Virus record (IMG/VR): IMGVR_UViG_3300049216_000317
Span: 84,961-148,960 of that record
DNA length: 64,000 nt
Direction: 5' to 3' (one strand)
Origin: a virus
Taxonomy: Duplodnaviria; Heunggongvirae; Uroviricota; Caudoviricetes
The translations under genes were made by a program, and so were the position numbers. Position 1 is the stretch's first letter; every line of letters starts with the position of its first letter. Shown in pieces: positions 52,959 to 61,321 of this stretch. The notes beneath the pieces were generated by a model. It searched no databases. It was given only the letters and a program-made list of their open reading frames with translations, and had not been told where the DNA came from.

Positions 52959-54506
52959 TTACTCCGATATTAATTCAAAATCCGTGCGGCGATTTTTAGC
53001 GCGTCCATCAGGAGATTGGTTGTCCGAGACAGGCTTGTCGGGACCATTACCAACAACCACAAAACGGTTGTGATCAAAGTGATACTCTTGAGCCAAGAAT
53101 GAAGCGACGGCTTTAGCGCGAGCCAAAGAAAGTTGCTTGTTCACTTCTGTCGAGCCAGTCGAATCCGTGTTGCCTTCAATACGCACGCGCGAGTGCGAGA
53201 AGCCTTTGGCGACATCGCCAAACTTGGCGCTGATCAGGTATTTCGAGTTTTCATCCAGCTTTGCCGATCCCGTTGGGAAGGTGATCGTCACGCGCTTTGT
53301 AGCAAACGCAGGTGCCGTCACAGCCGATTGAGTTGGGGCGGTGAAGGTCTTTGCACCTTCAGCTAAGTTCTCTGCGCCTGGAAGCGTTGTGCCCGAAATC
53401 AACGACGAGTCGTAAATTTGACGCCAGTCTGGAAGTTTCGTCGTGACGACTCCAACCTGGGTGTAAAGATCCGACATTTTGTTGTAAATCGACTCGCCAG
53501 TGACACCGTTGCCTTGCGCTAAACCGAAAAACACTTGGTTATCTCCAAGGGTCGCAAGCCGCGCATTCGAAATGGCTTTAGCCGCTTCTGCCGGTGAAAT
53601 GTTAAGGCCTTGAGCCAAAATCTCGGCTGCTTTTGCTGCCGCCTGGGGGTTTGAGTTAATCTCGGCAGCACCAATCATCCAGCCTTCGAAAAGTTCGCGA
53701 AGCTCGGTTTTGTGTGCTTGCAGGTACTCATCTTTCACAAAGAAACCGTCAGCAATAATGTTTGACGCTTCTTTGGTGTTTTTCAGAATTTTAGAGCCAG
53801 CAACCGTCTTTACGCAGTCTTGGTCATCTGGCGACCAAACAACTGCTGCATCAACTTTACCCGCTTTGAACATTTGCGCCGCAGCGACTGCCGAATCCGT
53901 CTGAACAAGGGTAATGTCCGAAGGTTTCATGTCGGCAGCGTCGAGCATCCAGAGAAGGAACGTATGAGAAGGCGTGCCGTAAGCAGCTGCGATCTTCATG
54001 CCTTTCAAATCATTGACCGAATTGATGCCACGACGCGATACGATAGCATCGCCTCCACGAGACCAGTCAGCCTGAAAGATCAGCTTTGGATTGAAGCGGC
54101 CATAACCGCCTACTTCCGTCGGGAACGAATCGACTGTTGTCCAGAGCACATCGACTTGATCTGCCTTCCATGCATCACGCGATGAGGCATAATCATCGTT
54201 CAGCACGAACTGGACTTTCAGCCCGTATTTAGTGAAGTAGCGTGAGTTCTCGGAAGCCTTAAAGCCATTGTTAAAGTATTCACCGCCTGCATAGCCGCCC
54301 CAGGTTACGACGCCGACACGGATCACTCCGGGCTCGCGAGGCTCTGGTTTGGTAGCGTTTGCAGCCGTTGTAACCTTAGCTACCATTTCGGGATGCGCAT
54401 CTCGAAAGGCTTTCAGGCCAAAGACTCCCGCTCCGGCAACTGCCGCAACGATCAAAAGCTTGGCAAACAAAGTTGCCCGTCCATTTTCATTATTTAGCGC
54501 GTTCAT
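52959..54506 (-). CDS. membrane-anchored substrate-binding protein (SsuA/NMT1-like) fused to OmpA_C domain
   Basis: N-terminal TM; DWSRGGDAIV...DLKG; C-terminal IEGNTDSTG...NKQLSLARA...NRR. Confidence 0.9.
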   Translation of the reverse strand: MNALNNENGRATLFAKLLIVAAVAGAGVFGLKAFRDAHPEMVAKVTTAANATKPEPREPGVIRVGVVTWGGYAGGEYFNNGFKASENSRYFTKYGLKVQFVLNDDYASSRDAWKADQVDVLWTTVDSFPTEVGGYGRFNPKLIFQADWSRGGDAIVSRRGINSVNDLKGMKIAAAYGTPSHTFLLWMLDAADMKPSDITLVQTDSAVAAAQMFKAGKVDAAVVWSPDDQDCVKTVAGSKILKNTKEASNIIADGFFVKDEYLQAHKTELRELFEGWMIGAAEINSNPQAAAKAAEILAQGLNISPAEAAKAISNARLATLGDNQVFFGLAQGNGVTGESIYNKMSDLYTQVGVVTTKLPDWRQIYDSSLISGTTLPGAENLAEGAKTFTAPTQSAVTAPAFATKRVTITFPTGSAKLDENSKYLISAKFGDVAKGFSHSRVRIEGNTDSTGSTEVNKQLSLARAKAVASFLAQEYHFDHNRFVVVGNGPDKPVSDNQSPDGRAKNRRTDFELISE

Positions 54507-54781
54507 TTCTTCTCCTTCATACGTTTGTTGTAATTTTCCACTAAGCCTCGTTTGATCACTTCAGCATGAATTTTCATGCCCTCCGCGAGGACATATCCGT
54601 CCGCAACAACTTTGTCGAACCGATGCTCTGCAACCTCTAAGATCCATGGCATAGAGTCGATTATCTTCCTGACCGCGATGGCCTCCGGTCCGTATTGAGG
54701 CTCCCGCTGCGGGATCTCAAGAACTCGGCGCTCATGCGCGGTAAAGTGAATTTCCTGTTTTTTCGCTTTACTCTTTTTCAT
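54503..54781 (-). CDS. hypothetical protein
   Basis: Coupled at both ends within the operon. Confidence 0.6.
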   Translation of the reverse strand: MKKSKAKKQEIHFTAHERRVLEIPQREPQYGPEAIAVRKIIDSMPWILEVAEHRFDKVVADGYVLAEGMKIHAEVIKRGLVENYNKRMKEKK

Positions 54782-55776
54782 CGCAATAGATCTTTAAAAC
54801 GATCTGGTTTTGCACCTACCGGAACAGGGGTCACATCGATTGCGCCCATCGAAGGATCGTTGGATTGTTGGATAAGGACTGTCTTACTGGAGCCAAGCAA
54901 AACAGACTGAGGATCTGATTCCCACTGGCGAAGCATCTTCAGAGCGTCTTCTTGCATAACGCCCTTTTCAAGATCAACGCCCTTCAAAACGCCTTCAGAC
55001 ACGTCCATGATATGATCAATCTCAGCCAACTGACGGTTCGCAGTATCGGCCATATTTTGCATCGCAAGGTCGAACATCTCTTTTTCAGGCGAAGAATTGA
55101 GAATCTTCGAGCCCAACGTCATGGCCTTGTGGGCCGACATAATGAGCTTTCTTTCTTCTTTTTTAATCTCAAGCTCTGATGAGGTTTTCTTGATGTTGAA
55201 ATCAGCTGCGTCGCACATTTGCTTTAGCACCGAAGACATCATCGCAACTTTAGAGCGCGTCTCGCCCAAAGTCTTGTTTGAGGCCGCATAGTTCTGGGCC
55301 TGAAGGGCCATCAATTTGGCTCCGTTAACGTCATTGGCCTTCTCGGCGTACTGCGCGCGCTTCATACAATCGTTAACTTTTTGGGTGTTCGAAGCAATTT
55401 TCGCGTCCAACGTTTTCAATTGGCCATTCACGTCGTTCTTATTTTTGTTTGCTTCATCCAAACGGTCTTGCATTTTCTTAAGCGACGTCTCGACAACCGA
55501 AATTGGGTCCATGTCGATGATCAAGCCCGTAAGACTGCGCATTGCCATTTTCCATCCATAAAAGGCGATCTTATGAATGTCCGGGCTCATGGAGACAAAC
55601 AATAGCCCGCAGACTGCTGCAATTAGAACGCCTGCGTAAATCATATTGGTCATCGCCAAAATGATGAACGGCAACAAGTTAATTGCAGCCCAGACGCATC
55701 CGGCAGCTACAACAAGGCCAAAAATGACCGAAGTTAAATTTTCTGGTCGGCTAAACCATGATTTCTGTTGTTCCAT
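54778..55776 (-). CDS. PspA/IM30-like coiled-coil protein with two N-terminal TM helices
   Basis: DPISVVETSLKKMQDRL...A..A...A pattern resembling the PspA alpha1-alpha2 hairpin. Confidence 0.65.
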   Translation of the reverse strand: MEQQKSWFSRPENLTSVIFGLVVAAGCVWAAINLLPFIILAMTNMIYAGVLIAAVCGLLFVSMSPDIHKIAFYGWKMAMRSLTGLIIDMDPISVVETSLKKMQDRLDEANKNKNDVNGQLKTLDAKIASNTQKVNDCMKRAQYAEKANDVNGAKLMALQAQNYAASNKTLGETRSKVAMMSSVLKQMCDAADFNIKKTSSELEIKKEERKLIMSAHKAMTLGSKILNSSPEKEMFDLAMQNMADTANRQLAEIDHIMDVSEGVLKGVDLEKGVMQEDALKMLRQWESDPQSVLLGSSKTVLIQQSNDPSMGAIDVTPVPVGAKPDRFKDLLR

Positions 55777-55785
55777 TTTTGGTCC

Positions 55786-56430
55786 TTAGAGGTATTGGTT
55801 GATTTTTTGAATGTTGCCTTCAATTTCAGCCACACAGCCTGCGTGTGTAACTTCGAAGGATTTTTTCTTGCTTTCAAGTTTCGCCTTGGTCTCGGCAATT
55901 TCATTGCTAAGAGCCAGTCGATCTGCCGCCGCCTTTGTGTTGAGTTCAGTCAACTGAGCAATTTGCTGCAAGCGTTCCGCCACTGCATTGTCCAAGTCTT
56001 GTAATTGACGCTCGCGAACGACGACCTTCTCTTGGGTCGTCGCCGCGAGGTTTGACTGGAATTCTTTGAGATCTTCGTTGAGGACTTGGATATAGTGTTG
56101 GCCAGTTTCCGCAAGTTTGACTTTGTCGGCCCCGGCTTGCTTTGCAACACTAAATGCGATTTTGAAACGCGCGTCCTCGGCGGGAACCATGCTCTTCATT
56201 TCTTCTAAAGCAGCAACGTACTTTAGATAATCGTAGCCTGGTAATTTTTTATCATTGATGGATGCAATCAGTGCGGCGCGAATTTCTTGGTCCGGGCCAG
56301 CAATGACGGGAGTTTGCGGGGCTTGATATGGAGAAGCCAAAGAAGACGACATCGTCGTCGCAGGAGCGGCTTGCGGAGCGACTTTCTTAACAGGTTGCTC
56401 GTCTTCGACGAAAAGTGATTTAAACTTCAT
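55786..56430 (-). CDS. coiled-coil hypothetical protein
   Basis: GGGGG RBS before MKFKSLF; Pro/Ala linker and a long coiled coil. Confidence 0.65.
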   Translation of the reverse strand: MKFKSLFVEDEQPVKKVAPQAAPATTMSSSLASPYQAPQTPVIAGPDQEIRAALIASINDKKLPGYDYLKYVAALEEMKSMVPAEDARFKIAFSVAKQAGADKVKLAETGQHYIQVLNEDLKEFQSNLAATTQEKVVVRERQLQDLDNAVAERLQQIAQLTELNTKAAADRLALSNEIAETKAKLESKKKSFEVTHAGCVAEIEGNIQKINQYL

Positions 56431-56512
56431 ATTTCCCCCAGGTTGTTCAAAGAGGTTCGCCAGGAACCGTGCTTTTAACAAGAAGAATTTTCTATCTTGC
56501 GGGATGTGTCAA

Positions 56513-56956
56513 TTACAATTCGCCATTGTATCGTTCGACGAGCCGAATGGCCGAAGAAGAAATATGGACCAGTGAGCGGTCAGATATGAAATAAACAAAT
56601 GGGATCTTTATGCCGAGATCCTCATTCCAGTATTGCTGCGTTTGTTCGGCAGCAAGATCTTGAGCATTCCTTAGACCTCGAATGACCGCAACGGCTAAGG
56701 GTACAGTCTCAAGGTAGTCGCGCAAGAGACCATGCCAAACGTTCGCGACGTTTACTCTTGAAACAAGACTTGGCACGATCGAGCATCTAATGGCGTTTCC
56801 CAGACCATGTAACTGAGAATTGGCAACGTACAGTTTCTCAGGATTTTTCATAGGCACAACATAAACCTTGTCAAAGGTCTTGAGCGCCTTTGTCAGGATG
56901 TCGGCATGGCCTTTGTGCCAAGGATTAAATGATCCAGGGTAAATGGCAATTCTCAT
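56513..56956 (-). CDS. coaD: phosphopantetheine adenylyltransferase (CoaD)-like nucleotidyltransferase
   Basis: AIYPGSFNPWHKGH (HxGH), IRGLR and ISSSAIR. Confidence 0.7.
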   Translation of the reverse strand: MRIAIYPGSFNPWHKGHADILTKALKTFDKVYVVPMKNPEKLYVANSQLHGLGNAIRCSIVPSLVSRVNVANVWHGLLRDYLETVPLAVAVIRGLRNAQDLAAEQTQQYWNEDLGIKIPFVYFISDRSLVHISSSAIRLVERYNGEL

Positions 56957-57144
56957 GGGTGACGGGAGTTCCGGCGAGTGCGTTCAACCCAGCAACGAAG
57001 ATTTACTATTTTCGAGATTTGAGGGCGGCATACGCCATACTTTTCGGCAAGCTTGGGGTTAGGCATCCCAGCGGCACTTTCGGAGCGGATTTCGCGGACC
57101 TTTTCCCAGGTCAAAGTTTGATGCGGAAATTTTGCTTTATTCAT
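56953..57144 (-). CDS. small HTH protein
   Basis: LTWEKVREIR...LAEKYGV...ISKIV, like the HTH tails of HNH nucleases. Confidence 0.65.
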   Translation of the reverse strand: MNKAKFPHQTLTWEKVREIRSESAAGMPNPKLAEKYGVCRPQISKIVNLRCWVERTRRNSRHP

Positions 57145-57145
57145 T

Positions 57146-57189
57146 AAAAACCCCTTTCACTTCTAAAGGATAGTCATTGAAAGGGGTTT
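57146..57189 (-). terminator. terminator/attenuator hairpin overlapping an RBS
   Basis: 12-bp AAACCCCTTTCA/TGAAAGGGGTTT stem, T5 run, start codon 3 nt after the stem. Confidence 0.6.
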
Positions 57190-57204
57190 GCGTCTAGCTG
57201 TCTT

Positions 57205-57708
57205 TTAGAAACTAATTGCGTTCTCGCAAGCAGTCGTGCCCATAGCGATCAATGACGAAACCGTTGCCGAAGGCGAACACTGCCATGCGGCTGGAATCGC
57301 GCCCGAGAAAACCGCAGTCTCCAAAGACGTGATTACAAGAGGGCAAGCGACGTTTCCGATAACGCCCTTTTCATTTGCGACTTTAAGGTTTTTGCCTTTT
57401 TTCGCTTCTGCCAAAGTTTGTTTCGCAGCGGCCAAAGTCGTGCAAAATTTAATGCCGATGCCGGAAACTGCTTTTTGAATGTCGGCAGAAATTGCCGCAG
57501 TTCCAGTGCAACCAGCTGTCGATGCGAATGCCGCAGCGATTCCAGTCGTGACAGCGGTTTCCGCATCACACGCAGCCGACGGAGCGGGGGCCGGTGTAGG
57601 CGCAGGCGTTGTGCCAGGGGCGGGAGTTGGTGTCGGTGCCGGATTGCTGCTGGTGCTGCTGCAACCGACGAAGCCAACGAGGGCAAGTGCTAAAAGGATC
57701 GTTTTCAT
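57205..57708 (-). CDS. lipoprotein with Pro/Thr linker
   Basis: MKTILLALALVGFVG-C lipobox; PAPTPTPAP; AGGAG RBS. Confidence 0.8.
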   Translation of the reverse strand: MKTILLALALVGFVGCSSTSSNPAPTPTPAPGTTPAPTPAPAPSAACDAETAVTTGIAAAFASTAGCTGTAAISADIQKAVSGIGIKFCTTLAAAKQTLAEAKKGKNLKVANEKGVIGNVACPLVITSLETAVFSGAIPAAWQCSPSATVSSLIAMGTTACENAISF

Positions 57709-57759
57709 TTTTGTCTCCTTGAAAGACGTTTGTTATTGGGACCTAAAACCAAAAATCAA

Positions 57760-57837
57760 TGGCGGAATTGGTGGGATTCGAACCCACGATCCCCTGCTCG
57801 ACAGGCAGGCGCATTAGGCCAACTATGCTACAACTCC
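57760..57837 (-). tRNA. tRNA-Asp(GTC)
   Basis: GGAGTTG/CAATTCC acceptor, G73, CT-GTC-GA loop, CCA. Confidence 0.93.
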
Positions 57838-57838
57838 A

Positions 57839-58236
57839 TGGTGGACCTGGGGAGAATCGAACTCCCGTCCGCAAAAGCCTCCACTAAAGATCTACGTGCG
57901 TAGCGTGTTTAAATTCCCGCCGGACGGGGACGTTGGCTTGCGCTAACATCCTCCACCAAGTTTTTACGAGTAACTCTCTCGCGACGTTTTACCCTCCGTC
58001 GGAGGTGGCCGTCTTTACAGCGCGAGGCCCTCTGTTTTTTGCCCTTCCTTGGTAACAAGGTTTGGAAGGACGTACCCCGCCTTTGGGTTTTAAGGCCCGC
58101 AGGAAACCACAGCGGTTAGGCTGCGGCTTGTTCGAAATCAGCGTCGATTACGCTTTTGCATCTTTTTAAACCGGCCTGATGCTCCGGTACACGCACTCTA
58201 GATTTGGATCTTCCACGTCGAAACCATGTCAGGCCC
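57839..58236 (-). ncRNA. ssrA: tmRNA
   Basis: 5' GGGCCTGACATGGTTTCGAC; 3' GGGAGTTCGATTCTCCCCAGGTCCACCA; G3:T70; tag ORF GAC GCT GAT TTC GAA CAA GCC GCA GCC TAA at 58145-58116. Confidence 0.92.
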
Positions 58237-58366
58237 ATTAACAGGTATTGGAGCGGGACTTGTTTCTAAAAGCACGTAAAATCTTCTCATAGCGCGAAGC
58301 ATTATGTTGGACTTTTATGCTAATAGCGGTAAAAATCAGTGTAATTAAGCTATTAGCGGGGTTGGC

Positions 58367-58744
58367 ATGAAGCCTATGTTGCATGCATTGGTGAGCGCAA
58401 AAAAGTTCGGCGGGAAGCCAGAAGACTATATGAAGGTCCATGATTTCATCGACTCAAGCAAAGCCCACATGCCCGATGTCCGGCACCGCGCGCTTCTCCA
58501 TTCCTCGTTCGGCATTTATATGGTCGAACAAGTTTTCGGCCACGAGCTAGAAAACTCAGAAGGTCTTATGGTCCAAATTCGTGACATTGCCGAAGAACAC
58601 GTCTTGTCAGACCTTGGATTTATTCCTACAGTACAAGACTATTTCAAGCACATGCCAATTCAAAATTGGTTTGGTGGCAAAGTAAAAGGTCGCAAACAGA
58701 CATACAGGAGAAAACTATGGGACTCGAAACCATCAAAGGATTGA
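58367..58744 (+). CDS. DUF6915-like protein
   Basis: H...SAKKFGGKPEDY..VHDFID.SK...HRALLH...GI...EQVFG...EHVL.D.G.IP pattern. Confidence 0.65.
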   Translation: MKPMLHALVSAKKFGGKPEDYMKVHDFIDSSKAHMPDVRHRALLHSSFGIYMVEQVFGHELENSEGLMVQIRDIAEEHVLSDLGFIPTVQDYFKHMPIQNWFGGKVKGRKQTYRRKLWDSKPSKD

Positions 58745-59145
58745 AAAAGAAACTCGAAGCCGTTCGCCAAGAAATGAAAGATACCGGCGAAGCAGCGATC
58801 ACGGAAGGATTCAAGGAGATTTTCGAAGCCTATCCGAAACTTGAAGCCGTTCGCTGGACGCAATATACACCCTACTTCAACGACGGCGAAGCCTGCACAT
58901 TTAGCGTTAATGGGTTCTACGTGAAAGTCGAAGGCACTGCGGAAGACGCGGGCAATTACGAACACGGATTCGTTAGCGAGTACGACGAGAGCGTGAAAAA
59001 AATGAAAGGCTCAAAGCAAATGTTAGAGGCCCTGAGCGAAATCCAAGAAATGGATGAAATGCTTGAGATGGTTTTCGGCGATCACCAGCAAATCACCGTT
59101 CGCCGCGATGGAACCGTTGAACAAGAAGAATACAGCCACGACTAA
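58717..59145 (+). CDS. acidic hypothetical protein
   Basis: AGGAG RBS; WTQYTPYFNDGE.C.F motif. Confidence 0.7.
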   Translation: MGLETIKGLKKKLEAVRQEMKDTGEAAITEGFKEIFEAYPKLEAVRWTQYTPYFNDGEACTFSVNGFYVKVEGTAEDAGNYEHGFVSEYDESVKKMKGSKQMLEALSEIQEMDEMLEMVFGDHQQITVRRDGTVEQEEYSHD

Positions 59146-59192
59146 CCTCTAGATCAGCTACGGCCCTGATATAGAAATATAAAGGGCCGAAT

Positions 59193-59957
59193 ATGAAAAT
59201 CTGCGCAATCTCAGACACACACCGTAGGCGTCCCGTCGACCTTCCCGAAGCTGACCTGCTTATTCACGCAGGAGACATCGGTTCGCATGGAAGCGCCGTC
59301 GAAATCGAAGCCGAAATTAAATGGCTCGCCACTTTAAAACCAAAGTTCCCCAAGGGCATCGTTTACGTCCCAGGCAACCATGATCTGGCGCTCGATGCGG
59401 ATATGGCCCAGAAAGAATGGGAAGCTTGGGTCAGAGATCCCTACCACCGCTACAAGCCCAAGCAAGACTCTAAAGGTCAACGGGTCGCTCAATATCTCAT
59501 GGATGTTTGCGACCAACAGGGCGTACATATTTTGATTGATGAGGATGTCGAGATTGATGGGATCAAAGTGTACGGAAGTCCGTACACTCCGATTTTCTAT
59601 GATTGGGCCTTTATGGAAAACGAAGAAGATCTCTCAAAGCGCTGGGCAAAAATCCCCGAAGACGTCCATGTTCTCGTCACTCATGGCCCCGCTCAGGGCA
59701 TTCGTGATCTTTGCAGTGGAGGCAATGTGGGAAGCTCGTCTCTGCGCTATGCCATCGACTATCGTTTTGCCCAATTAAAAGCCCATATTTTTGGACACAT
59801 TCATGAGGGCGCAGGACTTTCAAAGATCATACGCCCGCAGGGAGATTATGTTGCCTGGAACGCCGCCGTTCTTGACGGCAATTACCAGGGCTTCAATAAG
59901 ATCAATGTGATCGAAGTTACCGTTGAGCCGTCTTCTGAGCAAACTGCTGAGACTTAA
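59193..59957 (+). CDS. metallophosphoesterase
   Basis: SDTH, HAGD, PGNHD, THGP and FGHIHE. Confidence 0.92.
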   Translation: MKICAISDTHRRRPVDLPEADLLIHAGDIGSHGSAVEIEAEIKWLATLKPKFPKGIVYVPGNHDLALDADMAQKEWEAWVRDPYHRYKPKQDSKGQRVAQYLMDVCDQQGVHILIDEDVEIDGIKVYGSPYTPIFYDWAFMENEEDLSKRWAKIPEDVHVLVTHGPAQGIRDLCSGGNVGSSSLRYAIDYRFAQLKAHIFGHIHEGAGLSKIIRPQGDYVAWNAAVLDGNYQGFNKINVIEVTVEPSSEQTAET

Positions 59958-60504
59958 GATCCGTGTCGCAGACTTCTTGTTTCGTTTGAAGATCCTGGCT
60001 ACGTTTCTGAAGAATGGCTTTGTATTGACGGAAGCGCTCAATACGGGCCTTGAGAAATTCTTCTGATACGCCGACCAAGTTGTTTTTCTCATCGAGACCA
60101 ATGCTCATGTCTTCGTTTTCCGGAATTACTCGGTCAAGAGGTTCCGAAAAGGTGATCTTGCCGTCGCCGCCGTTTTCTTTTTGCGCAAGCTTCATGCGGC
60201 ATTCCTTCAAGACGCCATACTGACCGGAACTGCCGTACTGCTCATTTCCATAAACGTAGTCTTGAAGTTGGTAAGCTGCGATTTGAACATCGCGCATCTC
60301 TTCAGACATCAAAACTTTATGCTGAACGACCATGTCGCCATTTTTGATTCCGAGAGTCGTGTCGCCAGAAATTTTCTCCTGGTGGACCAATTTCGTTTCG
60401 ATGTTTTCAGCCTTGTTCGGGTTGCTTGCGCAAGCCGAAAGGAAAAGTCCAAGTCCCAAAGTGAGAATGATTTTTGTGTTTACGTTCTTCATGAGTGCCT
60501 CCAT
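59917..60504 (-). CDS. lipoprotein with coiled-coil C-terminus
   Basis: LGLGLFLSA-C lipobox; start at 60504 or 60492. Confidence 0.75.
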   Translation of the reverse strand: MEALMKNVNTKIILTLGLGLFLSACASNPNKAENIETKLVHQEKISGDTTLGIKNGDMVVQHKVLMSEEMRDVQIAAYQLQDYVYGNEQYGSSGQYGVLKECRMKLAQKENGGDGKITFSEPLDRVIPENEDMSIGLDEKNNLVGVSEEFLKARIERFRQYKAILQKRSQDLQTKQEVCDTDLKSQQFAQKTAQR

Positions 60505-60535
60505 GAATAACGTATCGGGCGGATATAGGATAACT

Positions 60536-60754
60536 TTAGCTCTTTTTTCGGGTTTTTATTAACGGGCACCAATCAGGAAGGATCTGGTGCTTATCGAACG
60601 TTTCATACCCACCGCACTTGTTATTCGAACGATCTGTTTTGGTACAAAAAACGTCCATAACGTTTTCAAATGAATCACCCGTATAGATGCGCTTCTCTTT
60701 TGAGAACGGACACTGTCTGCAATCGGTAATTTTGAGATTAACGTATTTAGGCAT
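60536..60754 (-). CDS. Cys-rich hypothetical protein
   Basis: CRQCPF...C...C...WCPL. Confidence 0.65.
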   Translation of the reverse strand: MPKYVNLKITDCRQCPFSKEKRIYTGDSFENVMDVFCTKTDRSNNKCGGYETFDKHQILPDWCPLIKTRKKS

Positions 60755-61251
60755 TACTTCTTATTGGCTGATTCTGCTAATTGCCTAATAGAGTCGTAGA
60801 AGTGAACTATTAGGTCCGCCTTCTTGGCAGCTAATGGACCACCAATCTCGACTTCGATGCGTGTAGCGGGGTTGGAATGAAGTCCGGTGGACAGCTTTAA
60901 ACCACCGTTTTCAAGCTTTTCTTCCGTAAGGTAGCGTAAGTGTTTGATCTCGCCAGATGTGATTTTCTTTATGACTGCAACTTGAGCCTCTGGCTGAAGC
61001 GGGCCATTTAAAACAGCGGAAATCATGTTTTCTTGAGACACAATAGGAGTTTCGACCTTATCAAACATCATTCCCTTGGTATCTCTGAATAGAGAAGCCA
61101 ATGTTTGAACCGAAATGTCCTTGCCGCGACGGGTTTTAAAGCCCTTTTTATTCAATTCTTCGGCAACTTGTTCGAAGGAAAGGTTAAGCCCGCGCAGACG
61201 GCGAGCCTCGATGACAACATTAGGGTCGTAACCCGTTTTATTTTCGTTCAT
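60754..61251 (-). CDS. putative DNA-binding protein (serine-recombinase 'recombinase' domain-like)
   Basis: SFEQVAEELNKKGFKTRRG; GGAG RBS before the ATG at 61251. Confidence 0.5.
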   Translation of the reverse strand: MNENKTGYDPNVVIEARRLRGLNLSFEQVAEELNKKGFKTRRGKDISVQTLASLFRDTKGMMFDKVETPIVSQENMISAVLNGPLQPEAQVAVIKKITSGEIKHLRYLTEEKLENGGLKLSTGLHSNPATRIEVEIGGPLAAKKADLIVHFYDSIRQLAESANKK

Positions 61252-61321
61252 AGCACGCTCCGTGGAGGCTTTATGCCATCGGAGCGTGCCTTTCACAAGA
61301 CCAAAGTGCAATAATGCACTT

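Noticed and set aside
51320-56956. Host-chromosome contamination for the ABC/CoaD genes
   Set aside because: The genes are coupled to phage-type small ORFs on the same strand with no obvious junction. This cannot be fully excluded without read coverage.
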